Positions 25,025 through 34,153 are shown, numbered from the stretch's first letter. The stretch: DNA of 43,735 bases from Methanosarcinales archaeon (GCA_030625165.1 DAOURL010000001.1:1-43735), one strand, 5' to 3'. Notes: generated by a model not told the origin, from the sequence alone. Program-made: numbers and translations.

Positions 25025-26077
25025 TCATTCTTTGAGTTTGCGTGCCAGATACACGGCGAGGTCCACAACCTCAAACGGATAATCGCGCCCGTGCTCTGCG
25101 TCCTCTTCCTCCTTGAGGCAGTTTAAGTGCGCAAGACACTTCGGGCAGGACGTGATCAGCACATCCGCACCTGTCGCTTTCGCCTCGTCCATCCGCATGA
25201 CCCGGAGTGCTTTTGTGCAGTCGTTGCAGTTCATCATCGAACTGACGCCGCAGCAGAGCGCGTTCTCCCTGGTGTGCTGCATCTCGACGATGTTTGCGCC
25301 GGTCGCGGCAATCGCCTTTCGTGGGGCATCATACTCGCCTGTGTGGCGTCCGAGTCTGCACGCGTCGTGGATTGCAGCAGTCGCACTGCCGTTCGTGATC
25401 CCGAGATCAGCATCTGCGAGAACCTGACTGATGTGTTTCACCTCGCAATCGAGGTCGTAATCCATCAGAAACGTCCTGTAACACTCCGCACAACTCACAA
25501 CGAGGGTCTCAATTCCGCTCTCGTTGATAAGCTTTGTATTCTCCTCTTTGAGCTTATCGAACGTCTCCTGATTCCCCTGCCAGAGCTGATCATGCCCGCA
25601 GCATTTGAGCTGCATGATCTTTGGGCTGAGCCCTGCTTTCGAGAGGAGCTTTACAGAGGACGTCGCGATCTCTCCAAAATCCACATCCAAGTCAAAGAAC
25701 ATGTCGTGGAAGTCTACACATCCAGGGAAGTATCCGATTCCAGATGCGTCGCCGCCCTCAAGGAGGGTCGTTTTGCTGTTACCAAGCAGCGTCATTAAGT
25801 TTGCCAGTTCTGTAAAGACGCCTTTGTGTGCGATATCTCTGGGCTCCTTCCCGATTCTCTGATCGAGGAAGAAGTCCAGCAACCGCACACCCTGTGGACA
25901 AGTTGTGACGCACTGTCCACAGGTAAGACAATCCCAGACGTCTGTGTCTGTGTCGTAGATGTTTGAGTCGTAGATCGCACCTCTCGGTGAGAATGGTACA
26001 ACCCTACGCACAGGACAGATGGCAGTACAGGCGCCGCACTGGTAACACACTTGAGAATTGTTCGAATTATTGGTCAC
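25025..26077 (-). CDS. Soluble HdrD-like protein (2x[4Fe-4S] plus two CCG domains)
   Basis: Contains CYQCGACTAICP, CLTCGQCVTTCPQGV, CCGHD, CAECYRTF, CCGVS and CPKCLAHL. 350 aa, no transmembrane segments. Confidence 0.8.
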   Translation of the reverse strand: MTNNSNNSQVCYQCGACTAICPVRRVVPFSPRGAIYDSNIYDTDTDVWDCLTCGQCVTTCPQGVRLLDFFLDQRIGKEPRDIAHKGVFTELANLMTLLGNSKTTLLEGGDASGIGYFPGCVDFHDMFFDLDVDFGEIATSSVKLLSKAGLSPKIMQLKCCGHDQLWQGNQETFDKLKEENTKLINESGIETLVVSCAECYRTFLMDYDLDCEVKHISQVLADADLGITNGSATAAIHDACRLGRHTGEYDAPRKAIAATGANIVEMQHTRENALCCGVSSMMNCNDCTKALRVMRMDEAKATGADVLITSCPKCLAHLNCLKEEEDAEHGRDYPFEVVDLAVYLARKLKE

Positions 26078-26298
26078 CGATATTCACCTACTGATCCATT
26101 TGTTAAATCATAACGACCATGAAGTGTTATCCATTACTATCCGAGATGGTTCATGCGAAACAAGGATTTACTCATGGGTAGATATAGTGGATGGCAGGAG
26201 AATATTAAAAGGTTTCGGAATGTTGAGGACGTTTCAGATGTCAAGTCTCTCCGGTGCTGAGGATGATGTTGGGTATGGTGATGTTTCATCATATTTCA

Positions 26299-26335
26299 TC
26301 ACGAATTGCGCGAATTTAACGGACAATCGCGAATC
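26299..26335. repeat. Short member of the CACGAAT repeat family
   Basis: tcacgaattgcgcgaatttaacggacaatcgcgaat shares the cgcgaatttaac(c/g)g and tcacgaat modules with 38760-38794 and 34400-34436. Confidence 0.5.
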
Positions 26336-26476
26336 CGATAATCGATAGAAATGTCTTTGATTTTCAGATGGTGTCGCGATCTCGATCAAACACCCGGGCA
26401 ATCACGTCGGCGCACCTTAAATAAATTTTAACAGAGGCATAAATACATTTATCCCCCCTCTGCGCCATCACCGATC

Positions 26477-27118
26477 ATGAAGATCGCAGGAATCGATGAA
26501 GCAGGCAAAGGTCCGGTGATCGGACCGATGTGCGTTGCAGGCGTGCTCGTGGAGGAGGAGCGGATGCATCTGATCGATGGACTCGGTCTGAAAGACTCCA
26601 AGAAACTGACTCCAAAAAGACGCGAGTTTTTTGACGGAGAGATCAAGAAAATAGTCGACGGCTGGTTTGTACTGGAGGTGAGCGCACACCAGATCGACGA
26701 ACTGCGCACGGTCATGACGATGAACGAGATTATGGTCAAGGCATTTGCAAGAGTGCTTGAAAACTTAGAACCTGAACACGCATTCCTGGATGCTGCCGAT
26801 GTCAATGAGGCGCGGTTCGGAAGAAACGTGCAGGAGTCATGCAAGCACCATCTCACGGTCACTGCACGACACAAAGCCGATGCGACATACCCGATCGTTG
26901 CCGCAGCATCCATCATCGCAAAGGTGCAGAGGGATCACGCGGTCGAGACGCTTCGGGAGGAGGTCGGGGATTTCGGCAGCGGGTATCCGGCAGACCCAAA
27001 GACCATCCGGTTCATGCGGGAGTGGTTCCGTGAGCACAAGGGTTTTCCGGAGTGGGTGCGGCATTCGTGGAAGACTACAAGAAACGTGGTAGCGGCAGCA
27101 GCGCAGAGGACGCTGTGA
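26477..27118 (+). CDS. rnhB: Ribonuclease HII
   Basis: MKIAGIDEAGKGPVIGPMCVAGV, DSKKLTPKRRE and AASIIAKVQRD motifs. 213 aa. Confidence 0.9.
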   Translation: MKIAGIDEAGKGPVIGPMCVAGVLVEEERMHLIDGLGLKDSKKLTPKRREFFDGEIKKIVDGWFVLEVSAHQIDELRTVMTMNEIMVKAFARVLENLEPEHAFLDAADVNEARFGRNVQESCKHHLTVTARHKADATYPIVAAASIIAKVQRDHAVETLREEVGDFGSGYPADPKTIRFMREWFREHKGFPEWVRHSWKTTRNVVAAAAQRTL

Positions 27119-27303
27119 TCGAGACGCTCAATCGTTGCGCGGCACATTAGTATGGCAGTCGAGGTGGTGGCTCTTATGCCGGGCGTCGACATCATGGTGG
27201 GTGTCAGGTTCTTGGATGTTACAGTTGGCGTTGGATGGTCCATTTACGAAATAAACTCTTCCGGATTTGTCTCATGATCCATACTGTCCAATTCATAGCG
27301 GCT

Positions 27304-28022
27304 TTAAGTTTCGACCCAGACGTTGCATATCAGCGCTGCCTGTTCCAGCACGGTCTCTGTCGCCTTCTTCTGCTTGTCCGGAGGGGATACCCGTACTTCC
27401 GAAGTATTCGTTTGACAATCACTCTGAGCTTTGCCTGAACACTCTCTCGCAACGTCCAGTCAATCGTCAGATTGTTGCGAACCGTATCGACAAGCTCTCG
27501 TGCGATCGTTCGAAGCGTCTCATCACCCAGAACTGCAACCGCACTATCATTCACTTCGAGAGCATCATAAAAAGCAAGCTCCTCCTCACTCAGATTCAGT
27601 TTGTCCCCTCTACACCTTGCTTCGCGCATCTCTTTTGCCAGTTCTATCAGTTCCTCTATGATCTAGGCGGTCTCTATACTCTTATTCTGATATCGCTTGA
27701 TCGTCTTTTCCAGCATCTCCGCAAAAGACCTGCTCTCTACCAGATTCGTTCTTGATCTTATCTTTATCTCATCATTGAGGAGTTTCTTGAGGAGTTCGAG
27801 CGCAAGATTCTTATGTGGCATTCCTTTGACTTCTGCCAAAAATTCATCGGAAAGTATCGAGATGTCCGGCTGGGGAAGCCCTGCGGCAGCAAAGATGTCT
27901 ATAACTTTATCCGAGACGATGGCTTTTGATATAATCTGCCTGATCGCAGAATCCAGTTCTTCCGGTGGTCTGTCCGTTGATGCGGTAGTCTTGGCAATAC
28001 CTGCCCTTACAGCCTGAAAGAA
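27304..28022 (-). pseudogene. hsdR: Type I restriction enzyme HsdR, C-terminal remnant only
   Basis: FFQAVRAGIAK...ISILSDEFLAEVKGM...RYQNKSIETA, then an in-frame TAG (27663-27665) where the family has Gln, then [15 protein letters not shown]...[13 protein letters not shown]...[11 protein letters not shown] frameshift follows at the run at 27383-27386; the +1 frame gives [25 protein letters not shown] and a stop. The helicase and nuclease parts are absent. Confidence 0.75.
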
Positions 28023-28729
28023 CCCGAGATCATCTCGCCGCCGCTGGATCTGTACGGCTTGCCGTCCCGGTTCGGGAACTCGAAATCGACGAACCAGTGC
28101 TTGAAGATCGCCTGCCCGATGGCTTCGAGGGTGGCGTTCATCTGGCGGTTGAGCTCGATTTTGTCGTCGAGGGAGCCGAGGATGGAGGCGATGGCACGCT
28201 GTTCGGGGAGAGGTGGGTGAATGACTTCCACGTTGCTGAGAAGTTTTGTGTTCAGCGACGGCATTGTTGCCCCAACAGCAATTTGGCGGATATGCTCCTT
28301 GAATGCGGGGAGTCCAAAGAACCAAGATAGAAAACATGGATCCACGAGGGTTGGATTCGGTCTAACTCTTAAACAACGTCCTGAGAAAAGCCATCCATCT
28401 TCATCTTTTCTTACGAGTGCGCGTCGATCTACAGAGCCAACTCGGCTGAACACTATGTCACCCACACACAGAGTATAGCGAGTGAGTCGTTCGCGGTCTT
28501 CATCTGATACACGCGGTAAATTTCTGTGGAGTATGTGATTGTCCCCCAAATGTTCTACTGTAATAATTGGCGTTCCTATGACTTTATAATCTCTTTGGTG
28601 CAACTGACTACCAAATGGGCCAGTTTGAACGCCCCTGTCTTGAACGCAGATATTTTTCAGGATTGAAATACTCCAATCCTCGGGAATCTTCCAAATTTCA
28701 GTCTCTTTGAATTTTGTTTTTGGATCCAA
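28007..28729 (-). CDS. hsdS: Type I R-M specificity subunit, half-size (one target-recognition domain plus the central conserved region)
   Basis: KIPEDWSI...GPFGSQL...HPPLPEQRAIASILGSLDDKIELNRQMNATLEAIGQAIFKHWFVDFEFP. The sequence diverges after GGEM and stops 7 codons later, where a second TRD would normally follow. Confidence 0.75.
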   Translation of the reverse strand: MDPKTKFKETEIWKIPEDWSISILKNICVQDRGVQTGPFGSQLHQRDYKVIGTPIITVEHLGDNHILHRNLPRVSDEDRERLTRYTLCVGDIVFSRVGSVDRRALVRKDEDGWLFSGRCLRVRPNPTLVDPCFLSWFFGLPAFKEHIRQIAVGATMPSLNTKLLSNVEVIHPPLPEQRAIASILGSLDDKIELNRQMNATLEAIGQAIFKHWFVDFEFPNRDGKPYRSSGGEMISGSFRL

Positions 28730-28735
28730 AACTAA

Positions 28736-29422
28736 TCACCAAGATATATCATTATCAGCACTTTTAATTATTTTGACTTTTTGAACTGCTTTACTTGTTT
28801 TATATATGTAAAAATTATCATTTCGCTTATTCCAACAATTGAGGATGGGATGATCTTCAAAATTGGGACAACTCTCGAGAGAACCCCATTCAATCACATA
28901 ATTATCTTCAATCTTATATTTGAATAAATCCGCAAAAATTGGATTGTAACCGACTGTTATGATCAAAACAATTTTCAAGGTCTTTTTCGGAATTATTTTG
29001 GTGGTACTGCCTTCCGTTACTTCTTCAAAAAGAGCAAGATGTTTTTCTCTTATTGATTTGGTTCTTAATAGAATCTTCGTTGCTTCTTCTGGGTTTAGAT
29101 GATTTAAACAGCATTTTTCAACTTCTCTTGAACTATTATCAAAATTAAATCGATATTTTATTTCTAATGATTTTGCAATATTTTTCGATTCATTATTTAT
29201 TGCAATATACAGCTTACCAGATTCTAAAACGTCTGATCGATCGGTTACTTCTTTATTTCCTGAAATTATTTTTGTGGTAATTATTGGCTTTCTTGAATCT
29301 CTTAATTGGAGAAAAATGAAGATAACTAAAATTATGTTAACGATCGCAATTATGGTATTGGAATAATTTCCAAACGAGTTTAAGAGATTCATCACAACCG
29401 CTACAATGTTATCAAGAGACAT
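28736..29422 (-). CDS. Hypothetical protein with one N-terminal transmembrane helix (AT-rich cargo gene)
   Basis: 228-aa intact ORF. IIAIVNIILVIFIFLQL is a transmembrane segment, followed by a K/N/I-rich soluble part. No motif was recognised. Confidence 0.45.
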   Translation of the reverse strand: MSLDNIVAVVMNLLNSFGNYSNTIIAIVNIILVIFIFLQLRDSRKPIITTKIISGNKEVTDRSDVLESGKLYIAINNESKNIAKSLEIKYRFNFDNSSREVEKCCLNHLNPEEATKILLRTKSIREKHLALFEEVTEGSTTKIIPKKTLKIVLIITVGYNPIFADLFKYKIEDNYVIEWGSLESCPNFEDHPILNCWNKRNDNFYIYKTSKAVQKVKIIKSADNDISW

Positions 29423-29427
29423 CTACA

Positions 29428-29700
29428 TCATACCTCGGCCACCCATATTTCATCCCTTCTCTTCTGGCTTATCAATTTCTTCACTTCCCGGTTCAGCTCG
29501 TATTCGGCAATGTGCACACCAATCATCCAGTTCCGTAGCTTCAGACCGCTGTTAACCGCCGGGGTTGCCTTTTTTGCCAGCTCGCCATGGATTCTGGCAA
29601 TGGTCTGGACCAGAGCCTGAAAGTCATTGCACACTCCACGCCCCATACCCCGCTCTCCCGCATCATCGCCCGCTCCGGTCCGGCTCGCCTGCCCCTTCAT
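29428..29700 (-). pseudogene. N-terminal fragment of a DUF1016/YhcG-like PD-(D/E)XK nuclease
   Basis: ARIHGELAKKATPAVNSGLKLRNWMIGVHIAEYELN resembles the N-terminal helical module of the family (a...vN..l..lyW.iG..I.e.e). The nuclease core is absent. This stretch is GC-richer than its flanks. Confidence 0.4.
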
Positions 29701-30020
29701 TTGCCGACCACCGCCCAGTGCCCGCCCTTTGCCAGACCGATTCTTGTAATAATGTTGTTCTTTTTCAATTTCGCAATCTGCATCTCAATTGCCCGTGATG
29801 ATACGCCAAGCTTTTCTGCAATCTCTTTTGCACTGATCGATGGATTTTCTTTTACAAGCAGAATGATTTTCTCCGAAGTTTTCTCCGAAGTTTTCTCCGA
29901 AGTATCCTGCCCGACAACTGTTCCATCGTTCTTTATCCCGAAATCTGATGTGGATTTCTTTAGCTCCAGTATTTCATTTTCTTCAAAATCCACGTTTGAA
30001 TCCATATTTTGCTGCCTCAA
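29697..30020 (-). pseudogene. Collapsed AlbA_2/Schlafen-type protein with a C-terminal wHTH (internal deletion suspected)
   Basis: EENEILELKKS and KNDGTVVG resemble the start of the AlbA_2 domain. The C-terminus IILLVKENPSISAKEIAEKLGVSSRAIEMQIAKLKKNNIITRIG is a winged HTH. The two parts are joined by (TSEK)x3. Only 107 aa in total. Confidence 0.4.
29867..29902. repeat. 12-bp perfect tandem repeat x3 (ttttctccgaag)
   Basis: Read directly from the sequence. Encodes TSEKTSEKTSEK on the minus strand. Confidence 0.95.
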
Positions 30021-30039
30021 GATATTCTAATCTGTTCCA

Positions 30040-30423
30040 TCATCTCGCTTCTATATCATAATTTCGCTTCAGTTCGTCAAGAAATCCCTTTTCCAGATAG
30101 ATCATAATGAAATATTCCTTTGAATCAACGTCTATCCCTCTTATCCCTATTTCAAGCATATCTCTGACAACCAATTCATCATATAAAATACCAAATAAAT
30201 TCATATTTTTTCTAAATATAATCACGAAATAATCTTTCGCAGTCTCATCGATCAAATTCAATACCGTTTTAAAATCCTTATCCGATTCGATTCTGGCAAA
30301 ACTAACATCGGTGTCTAACATGGTTACTTCAGTAAGGACTCCATTGTTATCTGCCCAACTCATGATGTTTCTGATATTTGTCAGACTATCATCTTTTAGT
30401 TTATAAAATACATCTCGTCTCAT
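30040..30423 (-). CDS. Hypothetical protein (AT-rich cargo gene), 127 aa from MRRDVFYKL
   Basis: Intact ORF directly downstream of hsdM. The tracked start at 30549 would overlap hsdM by 68 nt, so the internal ATG at 30423 is preferred. No motif was recognised. Confidence 0.4.
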   Translation of the reverse strand: MRRDVFYKLKDDSLTNIRNIMSWADNNGVLTEVTMLDTDVSFARIESDKDFKTVLNLIDETAKDYFVIIFRKNMNLFGILYDELVVRDMLEIGIRGIDVDSKEYFIMIYLEKGFLDELKRNYDIEAR

Positions 30424-30481
30424 ATTATTTGCAACCGGTTTGTATTGTCTTTTCTCTCCCAATTTTAAATGGATTGTCAAA

Positions 30482-32041
30482 TCAAAGTTCGTACCCAAGC
30501 CCTGCGAGATTCTTCCGTATCTCGCCCTCAAGCCCATCCGAACTCTCAAACTGCCTGGAAAGTTCCGCAGTAAGCCGTTTCATCTTCTTATCAAATGGCT
30601 CGCCATCATCCTCAACCTCCTCTGCGCCCACGTACCACCCCGGAGTCAAGATATGTCCATGTTTCCGGATCTCATCAAGCTCACCCGTCCTGCAGAATCC
30701 TGGCACGTCTTCATAGTCTCCGTATCCCCCACCTTCCCCGCGCCATGTGTGATATGTGGACGCTATCCTCCCGACCTCCGCATCGGTAAGCTCCTTGTGC
30801 CTCCGGTCAACCATAACGCCCATCTTCCGGGCATCGATAAACAGAACTTCGCCACTCCTATCCCGGAACCTGTGGTTCTTCTTGTCCCGCGTAACAAACC
30901 AGAGGCACGCAGGGATCTGGGTGTTGTAGAACAACTGACCCGGCAGGGCAACCATACAGTCAACCAGATCAGCCTCGACAATCTTTTTCCGAATCTCTCC
31001 TTCTCCGCCAGTGTTAGAAGACATGGATCCGTTAGCCAGCACAAATCCGGTTATTCCTGTTGGCGATAAGTGGTAGATAAAATGCTCTACCCATGCAAAA
31101 TTGGCGTTTCCTGTAGGCGGGACTCCATATTTCCACCGTATATCGTCTCGCAGAAGTTCGCCTTTCCAATCGCTGTCATTAAAAGGCGGATTGGCAAGAA
31201 TGAAATCTGCTTTCAAATCTTTGTGTGCATCGTTTAAGAAACTGCCAACATTATTCCACTGTACATTCGCATCGATCCCGCGAATCGCAAGGTTCATCTT
31301 GCAGAGCCGCCACGTTGTCTGGTTTGATTCCTGCCCGTAGACCGAGATATCGCCAATTCTTCCGCCATGCGCCTTTACGAATTTCTCACTCTGAACAAAC
31401 ATGCCGCCTGAACCGCAGCAGGGGTCAAAGACCCTGCCCTTGTATGGCTCGATCATCTCGACAAGAACCTTAACAATCGATCGGGGGGTGTAGAACTGCC
31501 CGCCCTTCTTCCCTTCCGCATCTGCGAACTGTCCGAGGAAGTATTCATAAACCCGCCTCAGGATGTCCTTTGATCTACTCTCATAATCCCCAAGACCAAT
31601 CGTGCCGATGAGGTCGATCAGCTCCCCAAGCCTCTGTTTATCAAGGGCTGGTCTCGCATAATTTTTAGGTAGAACGCCTTTTAAGATGGGATTGTCCTTT
31701 TCGACTGCATCCATCGCATCATCGATCAGTTTGCCGATATCAGGTTGTTTCGCAGCGTTCTGGAGGTGATTCCATCGTGCCTCCTTTGGAACCCAGAAGA
31801 CATTCTCTGCCCGGTATTCGTCAGGGTCTTCCGGGTCGGCTCCGGCAGCAGAGTCTCTGATCAAAAAGACATGCTGTTCTTTAAAAGCGTCTGATATATA
31901 TTTAAGAAATATTAAACCGAGAACAACATGCTTGTATTCGGCAGCATCCATGTTGTTTCTCAGTTTATCTGCCGCCTGCCAGAGTTTCTCTTCAAAACCA
32001 AGATTTGCCCCGTTTGAACGCTTATCCTTAATTTTAACCAT
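30482..32041 (-). CDS. hsdM: Type I R-M DNA methyltransferase subunit
   Basis: N-terminal [32 protein letters not shown], the [14 protein letters not shown]-binding site and the catalytic ANPPFN motif. 519 aa. Confidence 0.9.
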   Translation of the reverse strand: MVKIKDKRSNGANLGFEEKLWQAADKLRNNMDAAEYKHVVLGLIFLKYISDAFKEQHVFLIRDSAAGADPEDPDEYRAENVFWVPKEARWNHLQNAAKQPDIGKLIDDAMDAVEKDNPILKGVLPKNYARPALDKQRLGELIDLIGTIGLGDYESRSKDILRRVYEYFLGQFADAEGKKGGQFYTPRSIVKVLVEMIEPYKGRVFDPCCGSGGMFVQSEKFVKAHGGRIGDISVYGQESNQTTWRLCKMNLAIRGIDANVQWNNVGSFLNDAHKDLKADFILANPPFNDSDWKGELLRDDIRWKYGVPPTGNANFAWVEHFIYHLSPTGITGFVLANGSMSSNTGGEGEIRKKIVEADLVDCMVALPGQLFYNTQIPACLWFVTRDKKNHRFRDRSGEVLFIDARKMGVMVDRRHKELTDAEVGRIASTYHTWRGEGGGYGDYEDVPGFCRTGELDEIRKHGHILTPGWYVGAEEVEDDGEPFDKKMKRLTAELSRQFESSDGLEGEIRKNLAGLGYEL

Positions 32042-32159
32042 CTTTACACCGTGGTACCGTACGTTTTAGTCTCTCGTGCTTGCACAAATATAGGTTGTGG
32101 TTGCTTCCGCGGACGATCCCACGATTACACAGTCTGCCTAAAAAGACGGCATATTCGGA

Positions 32160-33107
32160 TCACAGCGCATAGCCAACTGCACTCAAGCCCACATCCGCGA
32201 TCATCGCGGTAAAGATCACTGCCCGGTACCACGATGCCTGCAGGAACAACTGTCCACCCCTCTCTGGCAGAGGGTTTCGCATAAAATCCGCTGCCTGCAA
32301 AAGCATCCAGATTCCGGCAAAGATTGCTCCGATGAAGTAGATGCGTCCGAGACCCGCAGTATATCCGATGGCAAGCGAGAAGAGAACGCCGCAGACCCAA
32401 CACACCATCACAAACTTCGATGTCACTGGAACGCCGAAGGTCACAGGAAACGTCGGAGCACCACGGAGCCGGTCGCCCTCGACATCCCTTGCCACGCCAG
32501 ATAGCGTGAACCCCCAGTCCGTAACACAGATCATTGCGCCGAAGAATATTGCAGTAAGCGGCAGCAGCACACCATCGTCGGGCGCGTACGAGTGCACCAA
32601 GCCGAGATCCAGCACTCCGGCAGGATCGAATGCGAGCCACACCCCGATCGGCACGAGTCCGTACGCGAACCCGACCGGAAGAAAACTTAAGAAAGTGGCT
32701 CGTTTTGCGATGGCAGAGTATAAGCTGATCGCGAGGGTCGCGATGATGAGCGCCGCAAGGGATTCGGGATTTAAGTAAAGCGCAACCGCTGCCGCAACAA
32801 CGAAGAGAAGAAAAGCGTACAAAAGCCCCTGACACCGTGTGACACGCTCGGAAGCGAGAGGGCGGTCTGGCAGGTTGATCTTATCGATGTCGATGTCGCA
32901 GCAGTCATTGAAGACATACGTGCTGGTGATTGCGCAGTATCCGCCGATGACAGCCAGTACGAATGGGAAAAGAGGTGGGAGACCTCCTGTCAGCAGATAA
33001 GTGGCGAGAAGTGCGCTTGCTGCCGGAAGCGCAAGATCCATCGCAGCGATTTCGGGTCTGAGCAGTTTGATGTATGCACCGGTTCGTGATGCCATGCTCA
33101 CACTCAC
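32160..33107 (-). CDS. UbiA-family prenyltransferase (DGGGP-synthase-like)
   Basis: Polytopic membrane protein with FNDCCDIDIDKINLPDRPL (NDxxDxxxD). 315 aa. ATGA overlap with the upstream atpC-like gene. Confidence 0.75.
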   Translation of the reverse strand: MSVSMASRTGAYIKLLRPEIAAMDLALPAASALLATYLLTGGLPPLFPFVLAVIGGYCAITSTYVFNDCCDIDIDKINLPDRPLASERVTRCQGLLYAFLLFVVAAAVALYLNPESLAALIIATLAISLYSAIAKRATFLSFLPVGFAYGLVPIGVWLAFDPAGVLDLGLVHSYAPDDGVLLPLTAIFFGAMICVTDWGFTLSGVARDVEGDRLRGAPTFPVTFGVPVTSKFVMVCWVCGVLFSLAIGYTAGLGRIYFIGAIFAGIWMLLQAADFMRNPLPERGGQLFLQASWYRAVIFTAMIADVGLSAVGYAL

Positions 33108-34153
33108 AGCACCAGTCTGCTCCGGATCACCTCATCAGAGAGCCCTGCCTCCCTGCCGCGCACGATCATCCTGATGTTGTTGACCTCATTTTTCTTGGAG
33201 AGGATGTAATCCATGATCGGGACGATCGACAGCGGGTAGTAGTGCGAGGTTCGTGCAGCGTATTCGAGCCAGTACTTCTCAAGACCGATCTCAACGCCGA
33301 TCAACGAGTCCATATCCTCAGTCACTATGCTTGAGAGGTGCTCCTCCCAGTACGGATAATCCCGAAGCGATGTTGTGAATTCATTGAAAGGCAGTCCGGT
33401 CAGTTTGATAAGCGCAATCATGTTCAGCTTAAGCCCGCCCGGAATCAGCATATCGATGATCCGCTCCCGCTCAACCCCTGCCTTTGCAGACCGGAAGAGC
33501 GTCTTTAGATTCTTCATATCGACCTCTGTCCGGATCATCTCTGAAAATATCCGGTGGCTCTTCGTCTTTGGCTTGCGCACAGCTTCGATCTCGGTTAATT
33601 TTTCGTAGTAGAATTTGTCAAGCACATTCTCGAAGTGATCCAGTTCTTCTTCCGAATATCCCTCGAGCGGATAGTTATGCCTTAACATTTCAGTGATCTC
33701 TGGCACATCCTTCTGTACGATCGTCATCAGATCGTGATAGCCAAACTGCCCTGCTGAGACCACGGATTCGAGGATTTCCTCATCGGTCGCCCCATATTTC
33801 TTACCCCTGAGGATGGTCTTGATGTTCCAGACATCCCACCATCTGAGATACTCGGAGATCAGTTGGTGCGACTCTCCTGCCGATATGGTGAGCAGTTTTC
33901 GATATGTCAGCGCAAGATTCTGGTTCAGGGCATGTTCAATCAGATTGACGCCGTCGTATCTCTGCACAAGTTCGTCAACATCTGCCTTGTACTCGGAGTC
34001 CTCGATGAATCTTGTGATCTCTGCGACCTCCATCTTCATCAGTCTCGGATAAACCTCTTTCGGCAGCAGCTTGCTCTTCATCGCTCGCACTCTTGCGCAT
34101 AGGTACGCGTAACTTTTAGTGCCCTGTTTCCGTTTCCACGGTGTCTTCAGCAT
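33104..34153 (-). CDS. atpC: A/V-type ATP synthase subunit C (d-subunit homolog)
   Basis: YAYLCARVRAMKSKLLPKEVYPRLMKMEVAEITRFIEDSEYKADVDEL is the characteristic N-terminus. 349 aa, all-helical composition. Confidence 0.75.
   Translation of the reverse strand: MLKTPWKRKQGTKSYAYLCARVRAMKSKLLPKEVYPRLMKMEVAEITRFIEDSEYKADVDELVQRYDGVNLIEHALNQNLALTYRKLLTISAGESHQLISEYLRWWDVWNIKTILRGKKYGATDEEILESVVSAGQFGYHDLMTIVQKDVPEITEMLRHNYPLEGYSEEELDHFENVLDKFYYEKLTEIEAVRKPKTKSHRIFSEMIRTEVDMKNLKTLFRSAKAGVERERIIDMLIPGGLKLNMIALIKLTGLPFNEFTTSLRDYPYWEEHLSSIVTEDMDSLIGVEIGLEKYWLEYAARTSHYYPLSIVPIMDYILSKKNEVNNIRMIVRGREAGLSDEVIRSRLVL

Noticed and set aside
26058-26348. 96-aa plus-strand ORF in the hdrD-like/rnhB divergent intergenic region
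   Set aside because: It starts inside the hdrD-like gene on the opposite strand and runs through a repeat-family element. It has no RBS and no recognisable motif. The region is better explained as promoter or repeat DNA.
29867-29902. Possible CRISPR-like or spacer-repeat structure
   Set aside because: The 12-bp units are directly adjacent with no spacers. There are only three copies, and they lie inside an ORF.
32125-32835. 236-aa ORF in an alternative minus-strand frame inside the UbiA gene
   Set aside because: It is Arg/Cys-rich and non-membrane, and it fully overlaps the UbiA frame, which has the NDxxDxxxD motif and regular transmembrane segments.
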